DNA from: Zygnema circumcarinatum SAG 698-1b
Lineage: Eukaryota; Plantae; Zygnematophyceae
Length of the DNA stretch: 64,000 nucleotides
Direction: 5' to 3'
Assembly (NCBI GenBank): GCA_037447605.1
Contig: CM074821.1
Coordinates: 124,001 to 188,000 of the forward strand
Shown here: piece by piece, positions 14,607 to 33,402 of the stretch
How the letters are laid out: each line of letters opens with the position of its first letter
Numbering within the stretch: the first letter of the stretch is position 1
Notes under the pieces: model-generated
What the model saw: only the letters and a program-made list of their open reading frames with translations
Told to the model about the DNA's origin: nothing
Database searches by the model: none
Position numbers and translations under genes: made by a program

Positions 14607-15176
14607 TATTGGACGATGTCCGGCCAATAGACTGGGGATGCCCATGGCCCATGGCATGTGCATAGCCCATGCGGACATGCCCCCCTCATGAGATCGTTCA
14701 CCTGTCAGGTGAACGGAACAGCGTCGTGCACGGAACATGCGGGTACTGTACTGTACTGTACATAGATAAGGGCGGGACTGTACGGACTCGCACGCGTGGA
14801 GAGCTCGTACCGTTGCTAAAGCCCGCTAAAGCAGGCGCCCGTCGCTTGCTCTGCGGAGGGGGTGGTCGCGGCGGCCGCAGCAGACAGGGCGGGCATCATG
14901 CCTTGCAAAATGAGGAGAGGCTCCTTTTGTATTTCTTATTACTATCTGGATTCTATTTGCTTCCATGCGTTTGTTGCGTCTTAACGAAGCATTTTAGGGC
15001 TTAGAGGTACGTCCACGTGCAGAGAGTTGCGGAAATTGCCGATATTGAAGGAATTTGGGGTGCTTGGGACCGGAGGAGAAGCGAGGAAGAAGAGGACAGA
15101 GGGAGAGCGTTAGAGGGACAGGTAACGGGGGAGAGTTTACAGAGGAGAGAATTGTTTTTACAATTGTGGGAGCGCC

Positions 15177-18100
15177 ATGGCGGAAGCTGCGGCAGGTGGT
15201 GTCGGGGAAGCTGTCGTTAGGGTTGGAGGAGAGCCTGCAGCAGCTTTAGCTGAAGGTGGCCAGGTTTCGCCCTCGCGGAGCTTGGCAGAACAGCCTTTGC
15301 AGCAGGCGAGGGAGCTCATGACCGCCATAACTTCTGCAGGCGAAGCTCCGGAGCCCGGCTTGCTGCATCGTTTAGCGGATGTGCTTGAAGAGGAAGAAAG
15401 AAGGTGGGATTTGTAACGAGAACTGGAGAATTGAGGGGATTATTACTCACTTTATTTGGAACCGTGTTCAAAACCTATGGCTGAGACACTTTTTTAAGGA
15501 ATGGATGGTGGGGGAGAGAACGAATTGAAGTGGATCTTAGGTTTAGGAGATGTTTTCTGTACGTGCAGTATTTTGAGCACAGGCACTTTCTATTCACTTT
15601 TCGCTGTCATTTCGAAAGGGCATGAATGGAAGTGATGACATTTCTGGTGAAGAAACCTAGTGCAGTTTAAAATCTTAGTTATATATCCCTTTCTTTCTTT
15701 ACAGCGAGGACAACTAGACATGTGGGAGCAGGCTTGTAAATATCTTTTGGTTTATATATCGTTCAAATATGATTTTTGTTCTGCATGTTTGAAGAGAGCA
15801 GCATGAGCTGCTTGACATTGTGTTGAATTTGAAGAAGGGATAATTGAACAATTGCAAGTAGTTCCCTTGACAGGTATCAGCGCCAAGTTGGCTTTTCTTA
15901 TAGTAATACGCGCTCATCGTATCCCATTGGCCGCCTTGTGAATGCTTTGCGGGTATGTTTCCTACGCCATTTATCAAACGCCCGACTCAAAACGTGATAA
16001 TAAATCTGCACTTGGCCTGCATGTTAAGATATCTGAAGCAGTGTGGAAGTTACATTCTACACATAGCGCAGCCTTACTTAGTGATGCTGCATCCAAGTTC
16101 TTGTCTAGTAGATGCCTTCTGTGCAGCGTATGAGGTTTACCTTCTTTCTTTGCCTTTTCTTAAATTTTGTTTGAGGACAAGGCGATGTTTGCTAACTGCA
16201 GGATAATGATGATTTTTACGAGCTTGTAAGTTCAAGACTTCTACTGGAGCCCGGCCATTCTGTTGCTTGCCGGGCTGCGGCTGCGCGCTTACTTCTCGCT
16301 TGTGTCTCTTGTTGGCTGGTAAGGATTCGAATTGGCTTTACCTTCATTTCCGGAGATGACGTATTGTATCTAGCTGAGGGTTCAGAGAGTGATCTTGAAC
16401 CGTTTCCTCTTCCATGCATGTAAGAGTCCTCGGGAACTTCTGAATTTACAGCGCGGGGGCTTAATAACGTTCAATCTGCTCCATCCATGATACAGTTTCG
16501 AAACGATCTTGAAGAGGAGGTGTTTTCAAAGATCAAAGAATGGGTTGCGGAAGAAACTGCTCCTCCAGTATCTGCAAACGAATCACCTCGGCCGTTACAG
16601 AGAGACCAGATGGAGCGGGAATTGCTAAGGACCTATGCAACAGGTCTGCTCGCAGTTGCTCTTCAAGGGTATGTAGTGCTGCTTCCCGCTCCTAGTTCAT
16701 AATAAAAATATCCAGATTGAGGGAAGGTTGCAGTCATTCTTAGCTGCTATGGGGCAAACAAGTAAGTTGTAGAGAGGAGGGACTTTCATCCGGATGCAGA
16801 TGAAACTAAAAGTAGTAGTATGGATAAGTTTTGATATTATGAGTAGACTTACATAGTAAGGTATTGTTTCCAGGATAGATAGTGGATTCCCACTGGGAAT
16901 GGATTGTCGTTTCCTGTTAGACTGTCAGGCTTTACAAGCGTCACGCCTGTAACCTTGTCCTGTGTAATAAGGTCTTGTCTTCATTTTCTCAAAATTATCT
17001 TGCTGGTTGATTGGCAGGGAAGATGTTGTTGACGATGTTGTGCGAGCTGGACTTGTGACACAACTCATCCGCTTCCTTCGACTTCGCACACTAGGCCTGC
17101 CCTCAAACGAAGCACCAGCAACTGCAGGCAGCTCTGGGGGTTTGAGTGGTGCCGCTATATGCAACTTTGAAGAACAATCGACTCCTCTAGACCTTCCTCG
17201 TAGAAGGCAGGGTCATCAGGAAACGTCAGGGACTACGTCAGCAGTGCTTACGCCAATATTGGCTTCCGACAGGGTTATGGATGACATGCGTGTGCATGAT
17301 GGAGTAGACATTGTTGCAGACGGCCCAGTCGTGGGGCAAACTGTCAGGAATAAAGTTAAAGTGGACGGCGCCACTTCAGCGGGAGGTGAGTTTGACAGAG
17401 AGGGAGCTGACGATGCTCGAATGGATGCTAGTGATGAAGAAATAAGGGGGACTGTAGGATCTGGGAGATGGCGAACTGGTAGGCCAAGAGAGGGGCCGGG
17501 AAGCCCTATAGCGGGTTTATCTGAGAGAAGAGCTAGGCGACGACCCCAAGAGAGACGTTCAGGAGGCGTGAGGGATTGGCGAAATGGAGTAAGCAGCCCC
17601 CCCGGGATAGTTGAATGTGCAGCAGTTGACTCTGCCAGCAAGGCTGAGTGTATCTCTCAGGACGTAGAGGGAACGGCAGCAAAGACTATTGGCATGGAGA
17701 ATGGCAGTGAGCTAGCTATAGAGATGGTTGGGGCTGTAGACATATCAGCACTTGTTAAAACAGCCATGAGAGCCGCACAGGCAGAAGCTCGCTTTGCGAA
17801 AGCACCATCGGAGGTGGTGGATGCTGCTGCAGAAGCAGCAGCAGACACGGTTCGAGTTGCTGCATCCGAGGTACAGGAGCCTGCCTCTCACTGCACTTGC
17901 AGAAATGCTGTTTGATAATGGTCGGTGCACGTGCACAATGCATCCTTCATCAAGGGCTGTTGCCACACCATGCTTATCTAAGTCATCTCGCGGAATGTTG
18001 TCGACATGCTTTGCTGTGGCGATGTGGACTAGAATTGTTAATAGATCTGGATTATGAGTGGAAACGATTCGGGTACGGATTGGCAAAGTATTGAACAAGT

Positions 18101-21100
18101 CATCGCGACTTGTTGGCAAGCCCCTGCTGCCATTTCTTGTGCATCAAACTTTAGCAATATCACTCCTTTATGGCATATTTCATAAGTCTGTGTGTTTTGA
18201 TAACTGCATGTTTATCCTGACAGCTATCTGACAAGAGGTCGTTGAGTCATTATGGCAGGCCCATGCCGCTGGGAAGACGACTGAGGAGATTTTATCAGCA
18301 GCTCTGGCGGCTGCAGAAGCTGTTGCAAATGCGGCAGAGGTGGTAATTGCAAATAAATCCAAGATGTAAGCTTTGTAACAGTCGACCCCTTTTGGAGGTG
18401 GCGTGCAATGGAAGGATATTGTCGACAATGCACTGTGAATTGCTCAGCTCTGCTCCTGAAAGATTTCTTTGCATGCTTGGGTCATGAAGTGGGTCTGGGC
18501 TCCTCCTGCAGTGTAAGTGTCAGTCGATTCAATCTAATGACCATGAATCTGCACTGACTCACTTTATATAATTTTGCAGGGAGGGTGAAGATTTGAAGGA
18601 TGCAGGACACGAGCAGGGAAAAGGGCCGGATAAACTAGCAGACCATGAAATTGGGAATGTCCTTTGGGGAATGGAACGGGATTCAATCTTGGCACTGCGG
18701 GAGCTGTATTGTGTCCAGTGCTTGGCCCAATTGGGGGAGTATTTGGAGGTCCTTGGACCTGTACTGCAAGAAAGAGGGGTGGACGTTTGCTTAGCTCTAC
18801 TGAAGAGAGAAGATATTGTGCTACTTGCCGAAGTTCTCAAGTTGGTCTGCGCACTTGCAGCACATCGGAAATTCGCTGCGTTGTTTGTTGATCGTGGCGG
18901 TGTTCAGCTTTTGTTGGAAGTGCCACGTGTGCCGCATTCATGGACAGGGCTGTCAGTCTGCTTGTTTGCGCTGGCATCACTGCAGGTAGGCTTCTATGGA
19001 TGGAATTCTATCTCGTTGAGAGTGCTGACAAGCTGAAAAGATTATTGGGAGGTTGTAATGCTGTTAAGTTGAGGTTTCGTTCGTTGTCAAGTGTGTATGG
19101 CTCATTTGAGTGTTGCAAACATAATTTAATCCTTTGGATCGAGAGTGGTTTGTGAAATAGATACACTCCAGAGTTACTATCCCCCCCCCGTACTGCAAGA
19201 AACTCAACGTAATGCAGACTTGAAGCGTGGTTGCTTTTGCAGGGGGTGATGGACCGTGTCTGTGCCCTCCCACCTCCTACATTAAGGGAAGTTGTAGCCC
19301 TCGCACTACAGCTTCTTGGCACCCCTCACGATACAGCCCGCAAGCATGCTGCCCTCTTTTTTGGGGCTGCCTTTGTGTTTCCTCGTGCTCTGGAAGAGTT
19401 CGACGAGCAGTCGGGGCTTGAGAAGTTAATGGACGTTCTCAGGGCAGCTGCGAGACTAAGGACGGGAGGAGGGTCCGGCTCTGTTTCAGCAAATGCCGTC
19501 CCTTCTAGCTTGGCACGAATGCAGCCCTTGGGTACATACAACGAGAGAACAGCGGGAGAGGTTTTGACCTCGGCAGGGAGACAAGTGGCCCATCATGCCT
19601 GTGTTGCGTTGCGGCAGTATCTGCGAACACATCTTGCACTCCTTTTGGATACACTGCGACCTGCAAAAGGTGCTGCACACAGAGGGGACCGCAGAGGGTC
19701 TGCTTCAACAGGGACACGGCCGGTGGATAACAGCGCAGAGGCAGTGGAGAATGCAATTGCTCAGATGCAAAAAGATCGTCGATTAGGACAGGCTTTTGTG
19801 CGGGCGCGATGGCCTGCGTTGGAGCATTTTCACGAAGCAGGCGGTATTCCTCTGCTCTTGGAGCTCACACAGGTATGCCCATGTGACGTTTGGACTTTCT
19901 CATTTACCCATTGTTGCCGTGAGGGAAAAAAGTGGAGAGGAATTTTGATTCAGTTCTGACTTCAAGTGCCAGAAAGCTCTCTGGATGCAAATGCATTGCA
20001 CTTGACATTGTTTGCTTTCTGCTTCCGTTATGCTTACATTGTGTATGCTGTAACCAGGTGTCACCGGGCGACCGTGCTTATGGTGAGCTTTCGGGCTATG
20101 CTCTGGGCGTTTTGCAAGTGGCCACTTTGATGCCCTTTACGCACCGGGCAGTGGTGACGTCACAGCTTTCAAACGAGCGATCAGGAATGGCAGCAATCTT
20201 AGATGCCGCCAGCGATTCGCCCTTTGCAGATCCGGAGGTATTTGCACTCTTTCTCGTCACTTTCTTGTTTGCTCTCTTTTAACTCTATGCTTATCTTTCC
20301 TCACGCTGCAACTCTTTCTTTTCTTGGAACGGGCACCTCGGAGAAATTGTGTTACAGTTGGTCCTGCATACCCTTTTGCATCATGAGGTAGGTGCATGTT
20401 ACTATAAGTTGCTATTGAGAGAGTAAGTGTTGGAAGTGGCATTCCTCTCAGGAAAAGGAGCAGCCAAGCGCAGGATTGGTCCAGTTAATTAGCACAGGTA
20501 GACAATGTCACCACGCTTTATTTTAACCCTGTGCAGCCTCCCAGTGAGACATAAAGCTGGATACTTTTCGTTTTCTGGTGTGAATTGACATAAGTCATGT
20601 ACTCCTGGGTTCGGAACAGGTGATGCAGACTGCACTTCTTGTGCTCTCCAACCTCGTATGCCCTCCTCCATCTCTCTGCTCCCGTGTTCCGGTCGCAAGC
20701 GGAGGTCCTACTGCTACTGGAAACACGATTCAAAGTCAAATCTTTGGTCCAACAAATGACACTGCGGAGAAAGGCGGGAAAGAGGCTGGTCGACTGGACT
20801 TAGGGAGTGCAATTCCGGGGCAAAATGCAGACAGATTTCCTGGAGGCGAACGGCGCATTTCTTTAGGACCAGGAGCGGGGGGACCTGCTGTAGCTGCATA
20901 CATGGAACAGGGTTACCGTTTAGCCAGGGATGCTATTCGAGCTAGCAACGGCATCAAAATCCTTATTCAGCTGTTGGGGGCACGGACCCTCCTTCCTCCT
21001 GCTTCCAGCGACTGCATACGGGCACTCGCATGCAGGGTGCTGCTAGGACTGGCACGTGATCCTGCTATTTCTCACATACTTACTAAGTTGCAGGTAAATA

Positions 21101-24100
21101 CATGCACCACCATGACTCTCCTGACCTCAAATGATGTGCCAGGACCTTTTCGACAACTGCTGAGGTCCGATCAATGATTCAAACGCTTCAGCAGCTTTAG
21201 AACGGATGTCTTTCTCAGAGTTTTGCAGCCATGTCAAGAAAGTTCAACGGAGAAATAGTTATGGAAACTCGTCTGTCTGATTTACGCATAGTTGGCATAG
21301 ACTCAGGATGCCCCTACGTTCCCTTATGCTTAGACTTAGATGCTTCTATTTTGTTTTGTGATGCAGGTTGGCCGCACACTTTCTGAGCTGCTCCGCGATG
21401 CCAACAGGGATGCAGCGCAGGGAGGCAGTGGGGTTGCGGGAGGGCCTGAGAAGTGGCCGGCAGAGTTTCACAGAGCGGCTTTGGAGCTCATCACGGTAAG
21501 TGGAATTTCGTGAAGACACTTTACCCAAGGGAGTCTGAAGTAGCTTCTTGTTGATGTCACAAAATTTACGGTAAAGTTAACTGCATTGTGCTGTTCATCA
21601 TGCAGATGACTACCAACGCTGGCCGTGCTAGCACTGCTGCTGCAAGCGAAGCTGCCGCACCGACTCTCCGTCGGATTGAGCGAGCTGCCATTGCGGCAGC
21701 GACACCCATCTCCTTTCCTCCCAAGTACGATCTTGTTCCGTTGTCGAAGTGTCGAGAACTAGTTTCAAGACCCACTCGTCGTCACGCATTCACATGTTGT
21801 TGCCTATTTTCCATACTAAATCGCCTCTGCGCATATGCATGCGTATTCTTGGTTGTTCTGATGATTTCCATGTCTTTCTCTTGCCTTATGCAGAGAACTG
21901 CTCCAACTCATCCACGCACACCTGCTAGCATCAGGGCTCCCTGCTGCGGCTTCCATGCTGCTGCAGGAGGCCCGGCTTACTCCTTTGCCATCTTTGGGGG
22001 CATCCGCACCAACTGTATCCCTCAATCCACCTGCCGGTGTTGGGCTTGCTCTCAACAGCACCCTTCTCCTCTCTCCGCCTCCTTCTCGAAACCCAGAAGC
22101 AACAACAGGTTCCTTAGAATGGCCTCGAGGACGCTGTCCTCGTGGTTTCCTTTCAGTAGAGAGTCGAGGAGGAATGCCGTCTCTGAGTACCCCAGCACAG
22201 ACCCCAAGCACTGTGGCTGCCCGTTGGAAACGAGCAACTGGGCAATCGCAGTCGAAAAAAGGGACAGGGACGAACTTGGCTTCTCCCTCTGCTGGCAGTG
22301 GCGATAAGGGAGTGAAAGATAGTCAAGAAGGAACGGTGGGAGGAGATGCTTGGGCAGGAATCGGCGCCGTAATTCCTTTGAAAAGGAAGGCGGTAGACCT
22401 TACTTCAACGCCATTAGTGAAGAAGGTATGCATTGGGGGAGTCTCTACGGAGGCCCCAATAGCGAATGCCACCAGTCCTGCTGTGAAGGTCTTTGAAGGA
22501 ATCGCTACTTGTCCCGTTACACCAGCAAGGTGTTTTCCAACATCTGGGGCAGTTGGGTCTTCCACAATTTCTGAAGATGCCACAGCTCGATCCTCAAATA
22601 ACGCTCAGCTTACACCCATTCGGGCCTCAGTGGAGGCTCATCCATTCTACAGTCAATACCTTAGCACGCCCTCCCTCAACCTCTCCTATCCAGCAACTCC
22701 AACAGGCTCGGCATTTGCTGAGCCGAGACCTGCTGGAGTTCCGAGTGGAGAGCCACCTTCTTTAGACGCCATTGTGACAGCTTGGCTGAAGCAGCAGCAT
22801 AAGCAATGCCCGGCACCCATTACCACTCTCCCTCCCCTCTCTCTCCTGCATCCGCATGTGTGTCCTGAACCACGACACAGCCTCGATGCTCCTTTAAACA
22901 TCACTCGGAGGCTGGCGGGAAGACAGCGATACCCCCCTACAGGAGGAGCACACGGGCAGAAACATGACCGCCATTTTGTGTACAGTCGCTTCCGACCATG
23001 GCGGACTTGTCGAGATGATGCAGCCATGCTGATATCCGCTGCCTTTTTGGGGCATGCAGGGAAGTTAGTGACTGGTAGTAGTGTTGGTGATATTCGCGTA
23101 TTTGATACGGTTACTGGATTGGCTGGAGAAGTGCATTCCTGTCACGAGTCCCCTGTCGTGTTTTTGCAGGTCGCGAGTCAGGAAAGTAGCAGAGGGGCCC
23201 CTCTTTTGCTCTCAAGCACCCGCAGTGAGTTAAAGCTTTGGGACGGCTCTGATATTGGAGTTGGGTCGCTGCATACCTTCACCAATTGTAGGGCAGGGAG
23301 GTTCAGTCATAGTGCTTCCATTATAGCAGCCATTGGAACAGAGAGGGCCGGGAAGAAGGAGGTTATGCTCTACGACGTGGGCTCAGGGAAGTTGCAAGAG
23401 ACTTTAGAAGATGCTTCAGGTGGAGGATCAAGAAATCAATGGCAAGCAGGAGTGCACTTCAGCCCGTTGGATGAGCTGCTGCTGTGGAACGGCACTTTGT
23501 GGGACCCACGCATTCCAAGACCGATTCACCGCTTTGATCAGTTCACAGACTATGGCGGCGGGGGCTTCCATCCTGCAGGGAATGAGGTGCGTTGAATCTG
23601 CCATTCATGTTTTTGTTTTCCACCGGTGAATGGTTTATGGAACACTATCAGAAGTCTGGCAAAAAAAACTTGCTGTGTAGAGTTTTGTCTTTTGTTGGTT
23701 CTCTCATCTCAGAACTCTTCCCAGTCTTTGCAAATAATAAACTGCTACGGTGTGAGGACTTATTAGAAAGTCGATTCCCTGTTCAATCCATCGATTTCCA
23801 TTAAGCAAGCATGAAAATTCAACCTTGCGCCATTTCCTGCAGGTTATCTTGAATTCAGAGGTGTGGGATCTTCGAGCTCGACGGCTCTTAAGAAGTGTTC
23901 CATCCCTCGACCAAACAGCGATCTCATTCAACACCACAGGAGATGTCATATATGCGTCACTTCGTCGCAGCAGTGATGAAATCATGGCTGCTTTGCATGG
24001 GAGGAGAAGGCGGCACCCACTATATATGGCATTCCGAACACTGGATGCCGTGGAATACACCGACATTGCTACTGTTCCAGTGGATCGATGTGTCTTGGAC

Positions 24101-24541
24101 CTCGCTTTAGAGCCCTCCGACTCCTACCTTGCTGTGGTAGCCATGGATGAGCAAGAAGAGATGGAGTCGGCGGCCCGGTTGTATGAGGTGGGGCGGAGGC
24201 GGCCCCTGGATGATGACTCAGACATAGACTTGGATGATACTGACGGAGAAGAGGATGGAGAGGAGGAGGATGATGGGATGGGAGTGGCAGGGCCCGCCAT
24301 AGAGGTGGAGCTGGGAGAAGACGGTCCGGGAGAGAATGGAGAGGATGAGGGAGGTGGGAGAGACGCTATCATGGGGAGCAGTAGTGATGGAGAGAGTGAC
24401 GACGACATAGACGAGAGTCTTTTAGGTCTGCTGTCGGAAGATGAGGACGGGGACGAAGACTTCTCCAGCGAGCACGGATCGTCGGACTCCGATTATCCGT
24501 CCGATGGGGAGTTCGACGACATGCTTCAGAGCATGCTCTAG
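15177..24541 (+). CDS. DCAF1: DDB1-CUL4-associated factor 1 (VprBP homologue): ARM-like region, LisH, WD40 repeats and acidic tail; multi-exon
   Basis: LDAIVTAWLKQQHKQCPAPITTLPPLSLLHPHVCPEP, DRHFVYSRFRPWRTCRDD, LLWNGTLWDPR, FDQFTDYGGGGFHPAGNEV, ARLYEVGRRR and the D/E tail. Stop TAG at 24539-24541. Confidence 0.96.
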
Positions 24542-25742
24542 ACAGAGGCTTTTTAGTCGCTCTTTTAGTGTTTTTTTTTTTTGTTTGGAGGGTGGGGGCT
24601 TCTTGATGCGGCATGGGAAGAAGCGACAACCTCCTAAATAAGTGCTGGCCACAGTCACACGGGGCGCCCTTTGCCTTGTATCGGGAAGGGCCTGGCACGG
24701 CCTGGCGTTGTATGCAGCAGATTTGTATTGTTCTTATGGGGGGTGCCCATGGTTTTGGCCCCGTTCTTTTTGTTGTGGGGTCTTGAGGGGTTGGGGGGGG
24801 CATAGCTCGCCCTGAACCCCCTCCCCACTTCCATTACCTCGATAGAAAAAATTAATGAATTTAGTATCTGAGTACGGAGTTCTCTCTACTTGGGACCATT
24901 TGGAAGCATTTGTCCACGCCTACATCACCACAACATGGTGTTGTCACTGTGAAGCAGGAATGTCCCCTGGACATTACTCCATTCTGTTCTAAAACCATTT
25001 CTAGACTCCCGAAGACCCTTTTTTTTTGTGGAAAGGACGGTTGTTTAGCATTGATTGCATTGTACGGCTCAGTCTTTCTCCCCTTGAACCCCATCAGGTG
25101 CAGCCCCGTGGGGTTGCTCCCCTAATGGAAAGTAATGCCCTACACGGTGATGCCTTCATGAAATGGCTTACTGCATATAAAACTTTGCGGAAAATGAGCC
25201 AGTACGGTGGTGCAGTGGTGACTCTACCAGAATACCGTTAGTCTACAGCGGTGATGACTTTAAAAAGCAGCCTCCTTCTGTACTGACTTTATAGGATGCT
25301 AGTTTTGACTTTAACCACCGCTGAACCGCTTAACTGCTCAAGCCATTCCGTGCTGCCGTACGACTCTGCCGTACAGTTCCCAATCCACCGACAAACGACC
25401 GTATGGATTAGTGCACACGTCGTGTGGCGTACGCAATTATGCACAGTACTCCGTTTGATTGATAATGTATTGTTTGAGCACAAGAAGGAGTACTGTAAAA
25501 CAGCGCGCCCGAAAAAGAAACACGGCGTACGGCACGATGTACGGCAGCCGCCATGGCCGCCGAAAGGCTTCGGCGGCAAGGGAGAGAGGGAAACTAGAGA
25601 GGAGAGGGAGCGCGAGAAAGAAAGAGAGAGAGACACAGAGAGAGAGGGAGAGAGAGAGAGAAAGAGAGGGGGGGAGAGACAAAAGAGAGAGAGGGAGGGA
25701 GAGGGGGGAAGTGAGACAGACAAGAGCCCATATTTTGCAGTA

Positions 25743-31875
<6,133 letters not shown>

Positions 31876-33092
31876 GCAGCGAATGATGCAAAATTCTTGT
31901 TCATAAGGAGTGATGGCATGGCTGTGGCCGCATTGCTTATGTCCGTGGGTCCATTTTTGGCCTTTGATTACGGCAGGGAGGATGGGCATTGGTCTCGCGA
32001 TGATGGCGATGCCATCAAATGTACAATGGAGAAAGACAAGGGGTAGGACCAATGTGAGCCGGTCACAAACGACCAGTGTATGACGACAGTCCATGAGCCT
32101 TCGATTTGTTGAACATGAACAACTTCCAGACTCGTGAATGAAACCCGCCATCCATACACACATCTTGTATACACGTGGCGGTTCCCCAATGGAAGATGCT
32201 CTTATAGTCAATGTCGGTGCCGTACGCCAACAGCGTCCCTTCAACCGCTCACCAATGGCTAGCGTTGGCTGTGGCGGGCAGTACAAAATTGTTTTCGTTT
32301 GTCATGTGCCGCTCTCCATTCGCGGTTGAATAATTTTCAACTGCCCACGATCCAACCGAGAAAAACGTTCTGTCCTCCGTAAATCTGACATAGAAATGAC
32401 CAATGAATCTACCCTTAAACCCGGAACTGGGCATGTAAAGGCCAGAGCTAACGCAAGCGTGAAGACCGTACGGTTGGCTTGTGGAGGAGCAGAGTGCGAC
32501 GATGCCAACAGTACGATACGATATGATACGATGCGATGCGATATGTCGGCTAGCCGCCAACTGATGCCGACTTGGCAACTTGGCCAATTGCAGCTTTCTT
32601 GGACGAATGCAGTCCATTAAAAGACAAAAGAGACGGCCCCTTCCGAAATCCCATTTTTGACTGCTCAATCGCTTCCGTCCGATATGTCGGTAGACAAAAT
32701 CTCGATCGTGAAACTTCAGCCGGCCGTACACGAATGTCGTTTCATTGGGAAGGGTGATAAGGGGGAGGCTCTCACACTTTAGGGCAGTTGAGGAAAGACG
32801 ACAAAAAACAAATCCCGAAAAGGATCGGATTGTCAGATATGATTTGGATTTTCACAATCTTGACTTGCAGATTCCAAAAATCTGTTCGTACGAATCCTCC
32901 AGGAATTTTCCGGCCCGGCCAACCGGGCAACGTCGAAGTCGGGCCGGATACCTCCAAAACTATAAATTGTTTTTTCTGTCGGCCGTCCTTGTCGCCACCC
33001 TCGTTTTTCGAACCTGCCCGCCGCAGATGCCAACCAATGGGAAGCCTCCACGGGCGCAAAAAAACATTTTTTTCCGGCAGAGAAGCGGCCAT

Positions 33093-33135
33093 CTGCCCGG
33101 AAAATTATTTCGGGCAGGAAAGTTTGGCGCGCTAG
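33093..33135 (+). mobile_element. Candidate Helitron 3' terminus
   Basis: Hairpin CTGCCCG(33093-33099)...CGGGCAG(33111-33117), then 14 nt, then CTAG followed by T. The 5' end was not identified. Confidence 0.4.
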
Positions 33136-33402
33136 TATAAAATGGAGGGTGGGCACCGGATTTGACGGTTTGATAGGCCCGATAGTGCTCGCGGTCTCTC
33201 GCTCTCCCTATCCCTCTCGCTCCCTCTCCCTCCTGTCCTTCGGCCCTCCCCATCTCCTTCCCCCCCTTCTCTCCCCTCCTCACTCACCGCTCCCTTTTCT
33301 TTCTAACGCTCTCTACCTTTCTCTCTCGCCCCTTCCCTTGTCCATCTCCTCCCTCCCCCTCGCTCTCCTCGCCACTCCTTCCTGCAGAGCATGTGACGCA
33401 AC

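Noticed and set aside
14898-14984. 28-codon possible uORF before DCAF1
   Set aside because: The TSS is unknown, so it cannot be placed in the 5' UTR.
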